A program made the translations under genes and the position numbers. A stretch of 64,000 bases of DNA from Marsupella aquatica (taxonomy: Eukaryota > Plantae > Marchantiophyta): contig OZ316891.1 in NCBI GenBank assembly GCA_973895155.1, positions 10,913,875-10,977,874 on the forward strand, in the 5' to 3' direction. The notes under the pieces are model-generated. The model did no database searches, was not told the DNA's origin, and was given only the letters and a program-made list of their open reading frames with translations. Every line of letters begins with the position of its first letter. Position 1 is the stretch's first letter. Positions 63,356-64,000 of this stretch are shown here, one piece after another.

Positions 63356-64000
63356 TTTTGGACAGGGGAGCAATGTAAACTAATTTAGGCTCCATTTCAG
63401 ACAAGGAAAATAGTAGCTGACAGGAAGGAGGGGTACTGGGAGTGAAATTATTTGGCTTTAGAAAAGAACATTTGTACAAAACATTCTTTGATTGTATATA
63501 CTCCCGAGACAGGGCGTCCAGCATAACATTTCTGTTTACTGTCTTACTTTTAATGAATACTTGACTGCAGTGTTATCTGCGTATCACTTAGATCGTGCAT
63601 CAGCAAACGGTCAACTGCATCCTGTTTGCATCCAGTTTTGAACTCTGAAAGCTAGGTGGAGAGCATCTATTCTGTCTTCAGATTTTAGCTTAGCATTCAA
63701 AAATCATGATCTCTTCTTTCTTCCCGACATACTTGCGCGGAAAGCACCTGAAGGTCCATCTGCCTCGTTGTCTCTGGAGGTTTGAAGATCCCATATGGAG
63801 TCTACTCCTGAAACTGGCGTCGCTAGTTGTGAGGTGCTCGCTACGAGTCATTTAGCTCTCGTCATCTTCTCTGCACCGCAAGGAAGACAGAACTACTAAC
63901 TCGATGAATCTATATAGCCAATTTCTTGAGGGGCATTGGGAATGACAATTTATGCAAATTATCACTGAAGCACGAGAAATACTTTCCTTCTCCAGTTTAA

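Overview
Eukaryotic, intron-rich land-plant genomic DNA. Gene content and sequence style suggest a liverwort or other bryophyte, but this is inference. Spliced genes I could reconstruct by hand are: an arabinose-5-phosphate isomerase (KdsD/SETH3-like), a homeodomain-less class-I KNOX (MEINOX-only) gene with a BAG-like domain and an 18-aa repeat region upstream, a divergent SGS3-like gene (zinc finger + XS-like + coiled coil) head-to-head with it, ATG12, FIP37/WTAP and ATG6/Beclin-1. There are also a single-exon dirigent gene, a GT-2-type coiled-coil protein with no trihelix domain and a broken DPH7 copy. Mobile DNA includes an intact Ty1/Copia element with identical 262-bp LTRs, a solo LTR, two MITEs with target-site duplications, a possible SINE, Copia remnants and many tandem arrays. 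The most unusual item is a 137-bp LTR-like element (TGTTGGAA...TTCCAACA, 5-bp TSD TGGAG, empty sites visible in neighbouring repeat units) that carries a tRNA-like Pol III cassette, a possible tRNA analogue of the 5S-carrying Cassandra TRIMs. All exon boundaries and domain calls were made by eye without database searches.
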